DNA of 64,000 nt from Candidatus Woesebacteria bacterium (GCA_020060565.1 JAGVAE010000003.1:20072-84071); one strand, 5' to 3'; counted from the first letter of the stretch, positions 1 through 10,247 are shown. Notes: generated by a model not told the origin, from the letters alone. Program-made: numbers and translations.

Positions 1-1800
1 TATTTTAAAGTAAAAGACTCCAGAAAAAAACTTGGTGAGCTTGCTTCTGAATTCTACGACAGCCCAAGTAAAAAACTAAAAATTATAGGAGTTACAGGAA
101 CTAAGGGTAAAACTACAACAGTCCATTTAATTTATCACATACTAACTTCACTTGGAAAAAAAGTCGGACTTGTTTCATCTATTGCAGCAAAGATTGGAGA
201 GCGCGAAGTTGATACTGGATTTCATGTCACAAGCCCTAATGTGGTTTCACTTCACAAATTTTTAAAAGAAATGGTGACGGCAGGTTGTGAATATGCAGTA
301 ATTGAAGTTAGTTCTCACGGGATAGATCAAAAAAGAATTGAGGGTGTTGAATTTGAAGTTGGGGTTTTAACCAATATTGCTCCAGAACACCTTGATTATC
401 ACAAAACCTTAAAAGAATACAAAAGAATAAAAATGTCCTTTATTGACTCATGTAGACAAAAAGTAATAGCTCCTACAGAAACAAATCTAAAAGTAATTTC
501 TGGATTTTTTAATAATCTAAATGCAGAAGCAGCAATAAAAACTGTAAAACTTTTAGGTTTTGATAAAGATAAAGCGCAAAATACACTTAAATCATTTGGA
601 CTTCCAGTTGGAAGACTTGAGGAAATAAAGAATGAACTGGGTATAAAGATAATTGTTGATTTTGCCCACACTCCCGATTCACTTTTTGCAGCCTTGACTC
701 ATTTAAGAAAGGAAACCAAAGGAAAATTATTTTCAGTTTTTGGCTGTGCAGGAGAAAGGGATCATAGAAAACGTCGAAAAATGGGCAAAATATCAAGTGA
801 TTTAGCAGATTTTTCAGTTTTTACTGCAGAGGATCCAAGAAGTGAAAAGTTAACAGATATTTTTAAACTTATGAAAAAAGATGCAAAAAATTACGTTTGC
901 GTACCCGAACGGGGAGAGGCAGTTGCATATGCACTAAGCAAAGCTACGAAGGGAGATACTGTAGCATTCTTTGGAAAAGGACATGAGACCAGTATGGCAT
1001 ATGATGGTTTTGAACACTTGTGGCGCGATCAAAAAGCTATCAGGAATTATTTGAAAAGAGATCTGACAATCTCAGCAATTATTCTTGCCGCAGGAAAAGG
1101 ATCGCGTATGCATTCAAATAAGCCCAAAGTAATTCATAAGATTTGTGGAAAACCTATGATCACATATACTTTGGAAAACCTAAGAGGAAGTGGGGTTGGA
1201 GAGATTATTGCAGTAGTTTCATTCAAGAAGAACTTAGTTATAAAGGTAATTGAGGGGGCAGTCAAATTTGCAGTTCAGAATAACCCCAAAGGTGGAACAG
1301 CGGATGCAGCAAAAACAGGTTATTCCCAAGTGTCAGCTAATATCAAAACATTAATTGTTATCAATGGGGACGATAGTGCTTTTTATACACCAGAAACTAT
1401 TAAGAAAATAATTGAAATTCATAGAGAAAGAGAAAGAAAACTAACATTCGTTTCATTAATGAAAGACAATCCCACAGGTTTAGGACGTGTAATACGTGGA
1501 GAAAATGGTTTAATTACTAAAATTGTTGAGGAAAAAGATGCGACTTCTGAAGAAAGAAAAACTAAAGAAGTAAATGATGGCCTTTATGTATTTGATAGAA
1601 AATGGTTTGATGGAAACATCCAAAAAGTCAAAAAAGGACCGCAAGGAGAGTACTACTTGGTGGACTTAATTAAACTTGCAATTGATCAAGGAGATAGAAT
1701 GGCAACATATACTCTTCCCAACGATCTTGAGTGGCAGGGAATTAATACTCCAGAAGAACTTGAAAAAGCTAAACAAAAAATGGAGGCGAGAATAAAATGA
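1..1800 (+). CDS. murE: MurE ligase (5'-partial) fused to a C-terminal GlmU-type uridylyltransferase domain
   Basis: Frame 1 is open from base 1 (IIGVTGTKGKTTT P-loop); EVSSHG, EHLDYH, DFAHTPD, GCAGERD, GKGHE motifs; then ILAAGKGSRM..PKVIH..GKPM, GTADA, GLGRVIR, IVEEKDA, GEYYLVD, GINT (GlmU N-domain). Confidence 0.93.
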   Translation, partial: YFKVKDSRKKLGELASEFYDSPSKKLKIIGVTGTKGKTTTVHLIYHILTSLGKKVGLVSSIAAKIGEREVDTGFHVTSPNVVSLHKFLKEMVTAGCEYAVIEVSSHGIDQKRIEGVEFEVGVLTNIAPEHLDYHKTLKEYKRIKMSFIDSCRQKVIAPTETNLKVISGFFNNLNAEAAIKTVKLLGFDKDKAQNTLKSFGLPVGRLEEIKNELGIKIIVDFAHTPDSLFAALTHLRKETKGKLFSVFGCAGERDHRKRRKMGKISSDLADFSVFTAEDPRSEKLTDIFKLMKKDAKNYVCVPERGEAVAYALSKATKGDTVAFFGKGHETSMAYDGFEHLWRDQKAIRNYLKRDLTISAIILAAGKGSRMHSNKPKVIHKICGKPMITYTLENLRGSGVGEIIAVVSFKKNLVIKVIEGAVKFAVQNNPKGGTADAAKTGYSQVSANIKTLIVINGDDSAFYTPETIKKIIEIHRERERKLTFVSLMKDNPTGLGRVIRGENGLITKIVEEKDATSEERKTKEVNDGLYVFDRKWFDGNIQKVKKGPQGEYYLVDLIKLAIDQGDRMATYTLPNDLEWQGINTPEELEKAKQKMEARIK

Positions 1801-3914
1801 AACTTCACTTTGTTGGTATTGGGGGGAGTGGAATATCTGGTGTTGCGAGTTTAGCTGAAAAATTTGGCTACAATGTAACTGGTTGCGATTTAGAAATGGG
1901 TGGACACAGTGTAGACCATATTAAAGATGTTGACTTAGTAATCGTTACACCTGCAGTTTTTTATCAAAATAACAACCACCCAGAAATATTGGAAGCTAAA
2001 AAACAAAAAAAACTCATGACATGGGAGGAATTTTTGGGAAAGGTTTTATTAAAAGATAAAAAACTAATTTGTATTGCTGGAACTCACGGTAAATCCACCA
2101 CAACTGCAATGGCGGCAAAACTATTAATAGACAACGGATTTGATCCAGTTGTTGTGGTTGGGGCAAAAGTATCCGAGTGGAATGGTAACTCCCGATACGG
2201 TGAAGGTGAATATGCAGTTGTTGAGGCCGATGAATTCAACAATAACTTTCTTTTCTATAATCCTGACATTGCAATTATTAATAACATTGAATTTGACCAT
2301 CCAGATTTTTTCAAAAATGAAAAAGAGGTAAGAGCTAGTTTTGATAAATTTATAAAGAATTTAAAAGGAGAAAAAATATTAATAACTGAGAAGGACAGTC
2401 AAAACAAAAAATTCAATCTGAAACTCTTAGGTGAACACAATCAAAAAAATGCCAATATGGTTTACATATTGGGAAAGAAATTAGGAATTAGGGATGAGGA
2501 TATAGTTAGGTCTCTGGAATATTTTAAAGGAATCAGTAGAAGATTAGAATTAATTGTAGATAGAGGTGGAATTGAAATTTATGATGATTATGCACATCAC
2601 CCAACTGCTATTAAAACAACTTTTGAAGGTTTAAGGCGTGAGTATCCTAAGGCAAAAATATTAGCAATAGTTGAGCCGCATGGATATAAAAGAACAAAAG
2701 CACTTTTAAAAAACTATAATGGGGTTTTTGATAATGTAGATAGAGTGATTGTTGGTCCTATTTTTCCAGCTCGTGATAAAGTAGATAATTCGATTACGCC
2801 AGAATTAGTAGCCAAGGCATCAGGTCATAAAAACGCAAGTGGATTTAGTAGTTTTGAAGACGTCATTGAAGATTGTAAATTGATAATTGGTAATTACAAT
2901 GTAGTTGTCGTCATGGGTGCTGGAAAAAGTAATTATTGGGCAAAAGAAATTGTAGGACTATTGCCAGTTAGCTTTTCTGACATTACAACCTTTAGGATTG
3001 GAGGAAAAATAAAGAAATGTTTTGAAGTTAAAAATGAATCAGAAATTAGAGGCGCTTTAGATTATGCAGACAAAAACAATTTTCCTATTTTTATACTTGG
3101 AGGAGGTAGTGATATATTGGCTTCAGACAAAAAGTTTAATGGTGTTGTCATTAAATATACATCAAGTAGTATTTTAGTTGGAGAAGATGGAATAGTAACT
3201 GCTGACGCAGGTGCTAGTTGGGATAGATTAGTAGAGGAAACGGTAAAAAGTGATCTTGCGGGTTTGGAATGTCTTTCAGGTATTCCTGGAACGGTTGGAG
3301 CATCTCCCATTCAAAACATAGGGGCTTACGGTCAAGAACTTGCAGATACATTTATCAAATTAGTGGCATACGATATTGAAAAAAGAAAATTTGTAACTTT
3401 TGATAAGAAAGCTTGCAATTTTGGTTATAGAGAAAGTATTTTTAAACAACCGCAGTATTGGCAAAAATTCATAATTACAAAAGTTACTTTTAAACTCTCA
3501 AGATACACAGATACAGATATAACCCTAGAGAATATTAGAGAAGAAATATTAAGAGTTAGATCAGAAAAACTTGAAGATCCACAAAACATCCCGAACGCAG
3601 GATCCTTTTTCAAAAATCCAGTTATTGATTTACAACAAAAAGAAAAGATTATTTCAAAGTATCCAGGAGTTGTTATTTACTCTTTTGAAAATAGGTATAA
3701 AGTATCTGCGGCCTGGTTAATAGAAAGTTGTGGCTGGAAAGGAAAGGAATATAAATCAGCATCAGTTTCGTCTAAGCACGCTCTAATACTTATAAATAAA
3801 AATGGTAAAGCGAAGGCTGAAGATGTTTTAGAACTTTCTGACAAAATAATTTCTGATGTATATAAAAAGTTTGGAATAAAATTGGAGAGAGAAGTACAGT
3901 TAATAAATTTTTAA
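1797..3914 (+). CDS. murC: MurC-MurB fusion (L-Ala ligase plus UDP-GlcNAc-enolpyruvate reductase)
   Basis: HFVGIGGSGIS, AGTHGKSTTT, EADE, DDYAHHPT (MurC); TTFRIGG, GGGSD, GIPGTVGASPIQNIGAYG, FGYRES, NAGSFFKNP, HALILIN, LEREV (MurB). Confidence 0.95.
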   Translation: MKLHFVGIGGSGISGVASLAEKFGYNVTGCDLEMGGHSVDHIKDVDLVIVTPAVFYQNNNHPEILEAKKQKKLMTWEEFLGKVLLKDKKLICIAGTHGKSTTTAMAAKLLIDNGFDPVVVVGAKVSEWNGNSRYGEGEYAVVEADEFNNNFLFYNPDIAIINNIEFDHPDFFKNEKEVRASFDKFIKNLKGEKILITEKDSQNKKFNLKLLGEHNQKNANMVYILGKKLGIRDEDIVRSLEYFKGISRRLELIVDRGGIEIYDDYAHHPTAIKTTFEGLRREYPKAKILAIVEPHGYKRTKALLKNYNGVFDNVDRVIVGPIFPARDKVDNSITPELVAKASGHKNASGFSSFEDVIEDCKLIIGNYNVVVVMGAGKSNYWAKEIVGLLPVSFSDITTFRIGGKIKKCFEVKNESEIRGALDYADKNNFPIFILGGGSDILASDKKFNGVVIKYTSSSILVGEDGIVTADAGASWDRLVEETVKSDLAGLECLSGIPGTVGASPIQNIGAYGQELADTFIKLVAYDIEKRKFVTFDKKACNFGYRESIFKQPQYWQKFIITKVTFKLSRYTDTDITLENIREEILRVRSEKLEDPQNIPNAGSFFKNPVIDLQQKEKIISKYPGVVIYSFENRYKVSAAWLIESCGWKGKEYKSASVSSKHALILINKNGKAKAEDVLELSDKIISDVYKKFGIKLEREVQLINF
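2865..2899 (+). repeat. Degenerate heptamer tandem array in frame within murC
   Basis: attgaag attgtaa attgata attggta attacaa (IEDCKLIIGNY). Confidence 0.75.
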
Positions 3915-3916
3915 AT

Positions 3917-5161
3917 ATGACAAATTTTAAAAACAAAAATGTAGCAGTTCTGGGTTATGGGCTTGAAGGACAAGATGCAGAAAAATTTCTCAAATCTCAA
4001 GGTGCTAAGGTCACAATTCTCGATAGGAAATTTAATGAACATTACTTAAGAGAACTATCTAAGTATGACATTATTGTTCGTTCACCTGGCGTATATAGAT
4101 TTTTACCTGAAATTGTAGAAGCTGAAAAAAAAGGAGTAAAAATTACCTCTCCCATTAATATATTTTTTAAAGAGTGTAAAGGAAAAATAATTGGAGTAAC
4201 AGGAACTAAAGGAAAAGGAACCACCTCAACATTAATTTATGAGATTTTAAAGGCAGATAATCGTGAAGTTATTTTGTCAGGTAATATTGGCAAACCATAT
4301 TTAGAATTACTTCCAAAAATAACAAATGATAGTTGGGTGGTGATGGAGATGTCTTCATTTCAATTGATTGATTTAGATATAAGTCCCCATATATCTGTTG
4401 TTCTAAACATTACTCTTGATCACATGGATTGGCATAAAGATAGACAGGAATACGTAAATGCAAAGAAAAATATTGTAAGTCATCAAAATTCCAATGATTT
4501 TGCAATTATTAACTCTGAATACGAAACACCAAAAAGCTTTGAAGGTTTAGGAAAAGGAAAACTAATAGAATTCTCAAAACAAAACCTTGAGTCAAAATTT
4601 AAAAAAGATTTACTTCTTCGTGGAGAACACAATCTGGAAAACATTGCCGCTGCGGTTGCAGTCGCAAAAGTTGTTGGTATTAATGAAGACACAATTAGTA
4701 ATGTTGTAAAAGAATTCAAAGGACTTGAACACCGATTGGAGCTGGTTGATACAATAAATGATGTTACTTTCTATAACGATTCGTTTGCAACAGGTCCCCA
4801 ACCTACAATTGCGGCAATAAATTCTTTTTGCGAACCTGAAACAATTATTTTGGGAGGGAGTGATAAGGGATTGGATTATAAAGAACTAAGAGAAGAAATT
4901 GAAAAAAGGGAGAATATAAAAAATATTATATTAATAGGTGAAATTGGAACAAAAATTGGAGAAGGACTCAGAAATAAAAATGTTATAAATTTAGGTAAGA
5001 TTTCTATGATAGAGATAGTCAAAAAAGCGTATGAAATAACACCCAAGGGTGGTGTGGTAATTTTATCTCCAGCGGCTGCCAGTTTTGATATGTTTAAAAA
5101 CTATAAAGATCGCGGTCTTCAATTCAAAAAAGCTGTGGAGAAAATTAAGAATGAACAATAG
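3917..5161 (+). CDS. murD: UDP-MurNAc-L-Ala:D-Glu ligase
   Basis: GYGLEG, RSPG, GVTGTKGKGTT, GNIG, EMSSFQL, DHMDWH, GLEHRLE, NDSFAT, LSPAAASFDMF. Confidence 0.95.
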   Translation: MTNFKNKNVAVLGYGLEGQDAEKFLKSQGAKVTILDRKFNEHYLRELSKYDIIVRSPGVYRFLPEIVEAEKKGVKITSPINIFFKECKGKIIGVTGTKGKGTTSTLIYEILKADNREVILSGNIGKPYLELLPKITNDSWVVMEMSSFQLIDLDISPHISVVLNITLDHMDWHKDRQEYVNAKKNIVSHQNSNDFAIINSEYETPKSFEGLGKGKLIEFSKQNLESKFKKDLLLRGEHNLENIAAAVAVAKVVGINEDTISNVVKEFKGLEHRLELVDTINDVTFYNDSFATGPQPTIAAINSFCEPETIILGGSDKGLDYKELREEIEKRENIKNIILIGEIGTKIGEGLRNKNVINLGKISMIEIVKKAYEITPKGGVVILSPAAASFDMFKNYKDRGLQFKKAVEKIKNEQ

Positions 5162-5921
5162 ACCAATTGGAATCTTTGACTCTGGACTTGGAGGCCTCAC
5201 TGTAGTTAAAGAAATAATTAAGCTTTTACCTAATGAAGATATTATTTATTTGGGAGATACTGCTAGAGTTCCATACGGAACAAGAAGTAAAGAAACTGTT
5301 ACAAAGTTTTCTTTAGAAGATGCTAAGTTTCTCTTTTATAAAAAAGTTAAATGTATGGTCATGGCATGTAATACCGCAACAGCATTGGCAGAAAGTGAGT
5401 TAAGAAAACAATTTCATATCCCCATATTTGATGTGATATCCCCAGCAATAAAAGATGCTAAAAAAATATCAAAGACGAGAAAAATTGGAGTAATTGGGAC
5501 AAGTGCAACAATTCATAGTGGTGCATATAATGCTTCATTTTCAAAAGCTTGTCCACTCTTTGTACCATTTATAGAGGAAGGAGAAGTAAACAGTAAAGCT
5601 TTACGTATAGTAGCAAAAGAATACCTTTCGGAGTTTAAAAATAAAAAAATTGACACTCTGATAATGGGCTGTACTCATTATCCGATTATTAAAAATATAA
5701 TTAAAAGCATTTTGGGAACAAAAATTAATCTAGTTAACCCTGGAGAGTCCGTTGCAAAGGAAATGTCAGATTATTTGATTAAAAATAGTATGTTAAATAG
5801 TCAAAAAACAATTGGCAAAAGAAGCTACTTTGTAACAGATTACACAGAACATTTTATAAAAGTTGCTGAAATGTTTTTGGGGGATAGAATTAAAAACAAT
5901 ATAAAGAAAGTAATCCTATGA
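5151..5921 (+). CDS. murI: Glutamate racemase
   Basis: IGIFDSGLGGLTV, DTARVPYG, ACNTATA, GCTHYP; start set at ATG 5151 overlapping the murD end. Confidence 0.95.
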   Translation: MNNRPIGIFDSGLGGLTVVKEIIKLLPNEDIIYLGDTARVPYGTRSKETVTKFSLEDAKFLFYKKVKCMVMACNTATALAESELRKQFHIPIFDVISPAIKDAKKISKTRKIGVIGTSATIHSGAYNASFSKACPLFVPFIEEGEVNSKALRIVAKEYLSEFKNKKIDTLIMGCTHYPIIKNIIKSILGTKINLVNPGESVAKEMSDYLIKNSMLNSQKTIGKRSYFVTDYTEHFIKVAEMFLGDRIKNNIKKVIL

Positions 5922-6958
5922 AAAATAAAATTAAAGTAGCCGTTCTTATGGGAGGAAAATCTCCAGAGCATGAGATATCTGTATTATCAGGTCAGCAAGT
6001 AGTTAAGAATCTTAATAAAAAGAAATATGAAATTTTGCCAGTCGTTATATCAAAAGATGGAACAAAGTGGCAGTTGACCAGTGTTGAAAGTATCCTGTCT
6101 TTGAAAAATCCAATCAATCTAAAAGGAACAAAAACTGAAATTGTTATACAAAATAAAAAAGAACTTACGCAAGAATCTTTATCCTCAGAAAAAGGAATAG
6201 ATGTTGTTTTTATAGCAATACATGGGCCTTTCGGAGAAGATGGAACAATTCAAGATATTCTTGAAGCTTCGGAAATTCCTTATACAGGGTCAGGAATATT
6301 AGCTTCTTCTTTAGGGATGGATAAAGCGATGTTTCGGAAAGTAATGGTGGCTGAAAAAATAGATATACCGAAATATGTGGTGGTTGATAAAAATGATAAG
6401 CAAAACTATATTTTTGAATCGTTAGGAAAACCTCCCTATTTTGTAAAGCCATCTGATCAAGGTTCTTCGGTTGGTTCTTCATTTGTTAAAACAAAAAAAG
6501 ATTTAGCGAGAGCTTTAAAGATAGCATTTAAATATAGTGATATGGTTTTGGTGGACGAATACATAAAAGGATTGGAGGTTACATGTGCTGTTATTGGAAA
6601 TGACAAGCCTATTGCCTTGCCTATTACTGAGATACATCCACTTAAAGGTGATTTTTTTGATTACGAGTCAAAATATAGCGGACACGGTTCTGAAGAAATA
6701 ACACCAGCTCGTGTTTCAATGTCATTAACTAAAAAAATTCAAAAGCTTTCAATTGATGTTTATAAAGCAATTGGTTGCAGGGGTTTTGGTAGAGTAGATT
6801 TTATTATTAAAAATAGAAAGTCCCCAGTTGTATTGGAGATTAATACAGTACCAGGTCTAACTTCAGAATCACTTTTGCCAAAGGCAGCAAAAGCTGCGGG
6901 TATAAATTATCCCGAACTTCTTGATACAATAATTAAATATGCAACAGAAAAAAACTAA
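5918..6958 (+). CDS. ddl: D-alanine--D-alanine ligase
   Basis: GGKSPEHEIS, HGPFGEDG, GMDK, GSSVG, FFDYESKY, RVDF, LEINTVPG. Confidence 0.95.
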   Translation: MKNKIKVAVLMGGKSPEHEISVLSGQQVVKNLNKKKYEILPVVISKDGTKWQLTSVESILSLKNPINLKGTKTEIVIQNKKELTQESLSSEKGIDVVFIAIHGPFGEDGTIQDILEASEIPYTGSGILASSLGMDKAMFRKVMVAEKIDIPKYVVVDKNDKQNYIFESLGKPPYFVKPSDQGSSVGSSFVKTKKDLARALKIAFKYSDMVLVDEYIKGLEVTCAVIGNDKPIALPITEIHPLKGDFFDYESKYSGHGSEEITPARVSMSLTKKIQKLSIDVYKAIGCRGFGRVDFIIKNRKSPVVLEINTVPGLTSESLLPKAAKAAGINYPELLDTIIKYATEKN

Positions 6959-8057
6959 TCCAATTATTCAATGGTGGTTGACACCGAAGTTTCCTTTAAT
7001 TCACTTGGGGGATAAAACCAGTTTTATTAAAAAATGGCTAATACATCCAATTAAAAGAAGGATTGCTAGATGGTATTTAAAATATCTCCAGAGTCATGGT
7101 GGTATTAAAGTAATAGCAATAACGGGTAGTGCAGGAAAAACTACAACCAAAGAAATGTTAGCAGCTATTCTTAAACTTGAAGGAAAAACAATTTATTCAA
7201 AAGAAAATATTGATCCAATTTATAACATCCCAACAACTATTCTAAGAACCCCGATAGGAACAAAATATTTAATTTTAGAAATGGGAGTTGAGTATCCAGG
7301 AGAAATGGATTTCTATCTTTGGTTGGCAAAACCAGACATTGGAGTCATTACCAACATCTTTCCAACGCATTTGGAGTTTCTGGGGAATGTCGAAGGGGTT
7401 TTGAAAGAAAAATCTAAATTAGTTTTGAGTTTGAGTAAAGAAGATACTGCAGTTCTAAATTCTGGAGACAGTCAGTTAAAAGAAATAGCTTCTAAATTGA
7501 AAGCCAACATTCAATGGTTTGAGTCTAATAAAGATCAACTAACAGAAGATGCATTTGCAGCAGCCACCGTTGCAGACTCTTTAAATGTACCAAAGAATAA
7601 AATTTTTGAAGGATTGAAACAATATCAAAAGCCTAAACACCGTCTCTCAATAATTAAGTTAAAAACAGGTACGGTTATTTTAGACGACTCTTACAATAGT
7701 AATCCCCAGGCGCTTTCAAAAACATTAAAATTCTTTATCCATATAGCTGGTAAACATAATAAAATTGCGGTATTGGGAGACATGAAAGAACTTGGGAAAC
7801 TTGAAGAAAGTTTTCATAGAGAGGTGGGACGGGAAATCTCAAAGATGAATTTTCAAGCAGTTATTGGAGTTGGGAGCGCAATTAAATTTCTGATCGATGA
7901 GATAAATAGAAGTAATAACTATACAAAAACCTATTTTGTCGCCAAACAAGAAGATGTTTTGCCTGTAATTTCTCCATATTTACAGGACGACAATTATGTT
8001 TTAATCAAAGGTTCCCGTTCTATTGCGCTTGATAAACTGGTGGACGCCCTCGTATAA
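6939..8057 (+). CDS. murF: MurF ligase, shortened, with atypical N-terminus
   Basis: AITGSAGKTTTKE, LEMG, DDSYNSNP, VLGDMKELG, KGSRS. Confidence 0.9.
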   Translation: MQQKKTNPIIQWWLTPKFPLIHLGDKTSFIKKWLIHPIKRRIARWYLKYLQSHGGIKVIAITGSAGKTTTKEMLAAILKLEGKTIYSKENIDPIYNIPTTILRTPIGTKYLILEMGVEYPGEMDFYLWLAKPDIGVITNIFPTHLEFLGNVEGVLKEKSKLVLSLSKEDTAVLNSGDSQLKEIASKLKANIQWFESNKDQLTEDAFAAATVADSLNVPKNKIFEGLKQYQKPKHRLSIIKLKTGTVILDDSYNSNPQALSKTLKFFIHIAGKHNKIAVLGDMKELGKLEESFHREVGREISKMNFQAVIGVGSAIKFLIDEINRSNNYTKTYFVAKQEDVLPVISPYLQDDNYVLIKGSRSIALDKLVDALV

Positions 8058-8074
8058 TTGAACTTAAGAAAGAT

Positions 8075-9130
8075 ATGAATACACCCAATCTAATGCCGCT
8101 CGCTCTGGGACTTGTAATTTTTTCTTTCTTAATCTCCTCGGTTCTTATAGTTCCTTTTATTAACCTTCTTTATAAACTCAAGTTTACCAGGCGTAAAGAA
8201 GCCCCAAAACATGGGAAAATTCCACTGTTTGATAGAATGCATGACAAAAAAGCGGGTACTCCAGTTGGTGGTGGAGTACTTATAATTGCTCTAGTATGTG
8301 TTCTTTTTGCTATTCTATTTCCTTTGGCTTCATACTTAGGGGTTTATATAAAAGCCGCTTATAACCTTAAATGGGAATTGATTGTAATATTCTTTACATT
8401 TATTTCATTCGGTCTTTTGGGACTTTCGGACGATTCCATGAAGCTTTTTGCCAAACCAACAAAAGGAATTTTGGGTCTGTGGTTTGGACTGAGGCGCAGA
8501 CAAAAATTTATTCTTCAATGGATTTTGGCATTTATAATTGGATACTTTATTTATAACAACTTGGGAATTCATATTGTTCACATACCATTTCTTGGTAGAG
8601 TTATAGATCTTGGGGTTTGGTATGTACCACTTTCTGCTTTTGTAATTGTATCTTTCTCAAATGCGTACAATATTACAGATGGGTTAGATGGATTAGCTAC
8701 AGGACTTCTTCTAATTTGCTTGGCTGCGTTTTCGGTAATAGTAGCAAGTAATATTGACACACCCATTTCACTTTTTATTTCTCTCTGGATGGGCGCACTT
8801 ATTGCATTTTTATATTTCAATATTTGGCCAGCCAGAATTTTTATGGGAGATACTGGAGCTTTATCTTTTGGAGCCACACTTGCTGTCATTGGGCTTTTGA
8901 CGGGAAGTATTATTGCATTAGTTGTAATGGGTGGAATATTTATTCTGGAGGTTGCATCCTCAGGAATCCAGATGCTGTCTTGGAAATTTAGGAATAAACC
9001 ATTTTTCAAAATAGCACCAGCACACAATATATTTTTAGCAAAAGGTTGGGAAGAACCCAAAATTGTTATGAGAGCCTGGCTTTTGGGGATTATGCTTTCT
9101 GTCTTTGGTCTTTGGCTTTCAACAATATAG
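8075..9130 (+). CDS. mraY: Phospho-MurNAc-pentapeptide transferase
   Basis: KKAGTPVGGG, GLSDD, NAYNITDGLDGLA, IFMGDTG, many TM segments. Confidence 0.95.
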   Translation: MNTPNLMPLALGLVIFSFLISSVLIVPFINLLYKLKFTRRKEAPKHGKIPLFDRMHDKKAGTPVGGGVLIIALVCVLFAILFPLASYLGVYIKAAYNLKWELIVIFFTFISFGLLGLSDDSMKLFAKPTKGILGLWFGLRRRQKFILQWILAFIIGYFIYNNLGIHIVHIPFLGRVIDLGVWYVPLSAFVIVSFSNAYNITDGLDGLATGLLLICLAAFSVIVASNIDTPISLFISLWMGALIAFLYFNIWPARIFMGDTGALSFGATLAVIGLLTGSIIALVVMGGIFILEVASSGIQMLSWKFRNKPFFKIAPAHNIFLAKGWEEPKIVMRAWLLGIMLSVFGLWLSTI

Positions 9131-9143
9131 TTAAATTAGTAAT

Positions 9144-10247
9144 GTGCGAAAAATTAAACTTGCCAAACAAAAAATTGCATTTGATAAGAGTCTTCTGGTT
9201 TTAGTTTTAATATTTGTTTTTGTTGGACTTGTTGCTGTTGCTGATGCCTCTGCTCCTCAATCCCAAAACATGTTTGGAGATAAATTTTATCTATTTAAGC
9301 AACAGTTAATGTGGGCAGGGGTGGGGATTGTTGCTTTATTTGTTACCTCAAAAATTAGTTACAAATTTTGGGAAAAAGTAGCCACGCCTTTCTTTTTCTT
9401 TAGTCTCATACTTCTTGTAGTGGTACTTCTGCCGGGTTTAGGATATAAAGCTTTGGGTGCAAGACGTTGGATAGACACTGGATTATTTAGTATTCAGCCA
9501 TCAGAACTTATTAAAATAGGTTTGACTATGTATTTGGCCAAAGTTGCCTCAAAAGGGAAAAACACTCTATCATATTTTGTTCCCCTTGCAGTTGTGGCAG
9601 GTCTAATCATGCTTCAGCCTGATTTGGGTACTACAATGGTTGTAGCAATTTTGGGACTATCTCAGATATTTGTTTCTGGTGTAAATCTACTCCACTTTGC
9701 AGGAGGAATTGTGGCGGGAGCATTGGGTGTAGTGGGTTTAATACTGACCTCTCCATATAGAAAAGAACGACTTCTAACATTTCTTCAGATGGAGCGTGAC
9801 CCCCTGGGCTCCTCATACCATATACGTCAGATTCTATTAGGACTTGGTTCAGGTGGAATATTTGGAGTAGGACTTGGGGCTTCCCGTCAGAAGTATTTAT
9901 TTTTACCTGAAGCTTCAACAGATTCCATATTTGCAGTAATTGCAGAAGAAGTTGGGCTAATTGGAGCTGTTGCAATTATTATTCTTTTTGGACTATTTAT
10001 ATATAAAGGAATGGTTATAGCAATGAGAGCTCCCGATACCTTTTCGAAAGTGTTGGCAACGGGAATTGTAGCCTGGATAGGAGGACAGGCATTTCTAAAC
10101 ATTGCAGCAATGGTTGCTGTGGTTCCTCTAACTGGAATTCCTTTGCCATTTTTCTCATATGGAGGAAGCAGTCTCGTGACCATCCTTATAGCATGCGGTA
10201 TACTCTTAAATATCAGTAAGTTTTCAACAAAGGAAGCTAAACACTAA
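9144..10247 (+). CDS. ftsW: SEDS peptidoglycan polymerase FtsW
   Basis: GARRW, QPSELIK, QPDLGT, LPEASTDSIFAVIAEE, GIPLPFFSYGGSS; dcw position. Confidence 0.92.
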   Translation: MRKIKLAKQKIAFDKSLLVLVLIFVFVGLVAVADASAPQSQNMFGDKFYLFKQQLMWAGVGIVALFVTSKISYKFWEKVATPFFFFSLILLVVVLLPGLGYKALGARRWIDTGLFSIQPSELIKIGLTMYLAKVASKGKNTLSYFVPLAVVAGLIMLQPDLGTTMVVAILGLSQIFVSGVNLLHFAGGIVAGALGVVGLILTSPYRKERLLTFLQMERDPLGSSYHIRQILLGLGSGGIFGVGLGASRQKYLFLPEASTDSIFAVIAEEVGLIGAVAIIILFGLFIYKGMVIAMRAPDTFSKVLATGIVAWIGGQAFLNIAAMVAVVPLTGIPLPFFSYGGSSLVTILIACGILLNISKFSTKEAKH

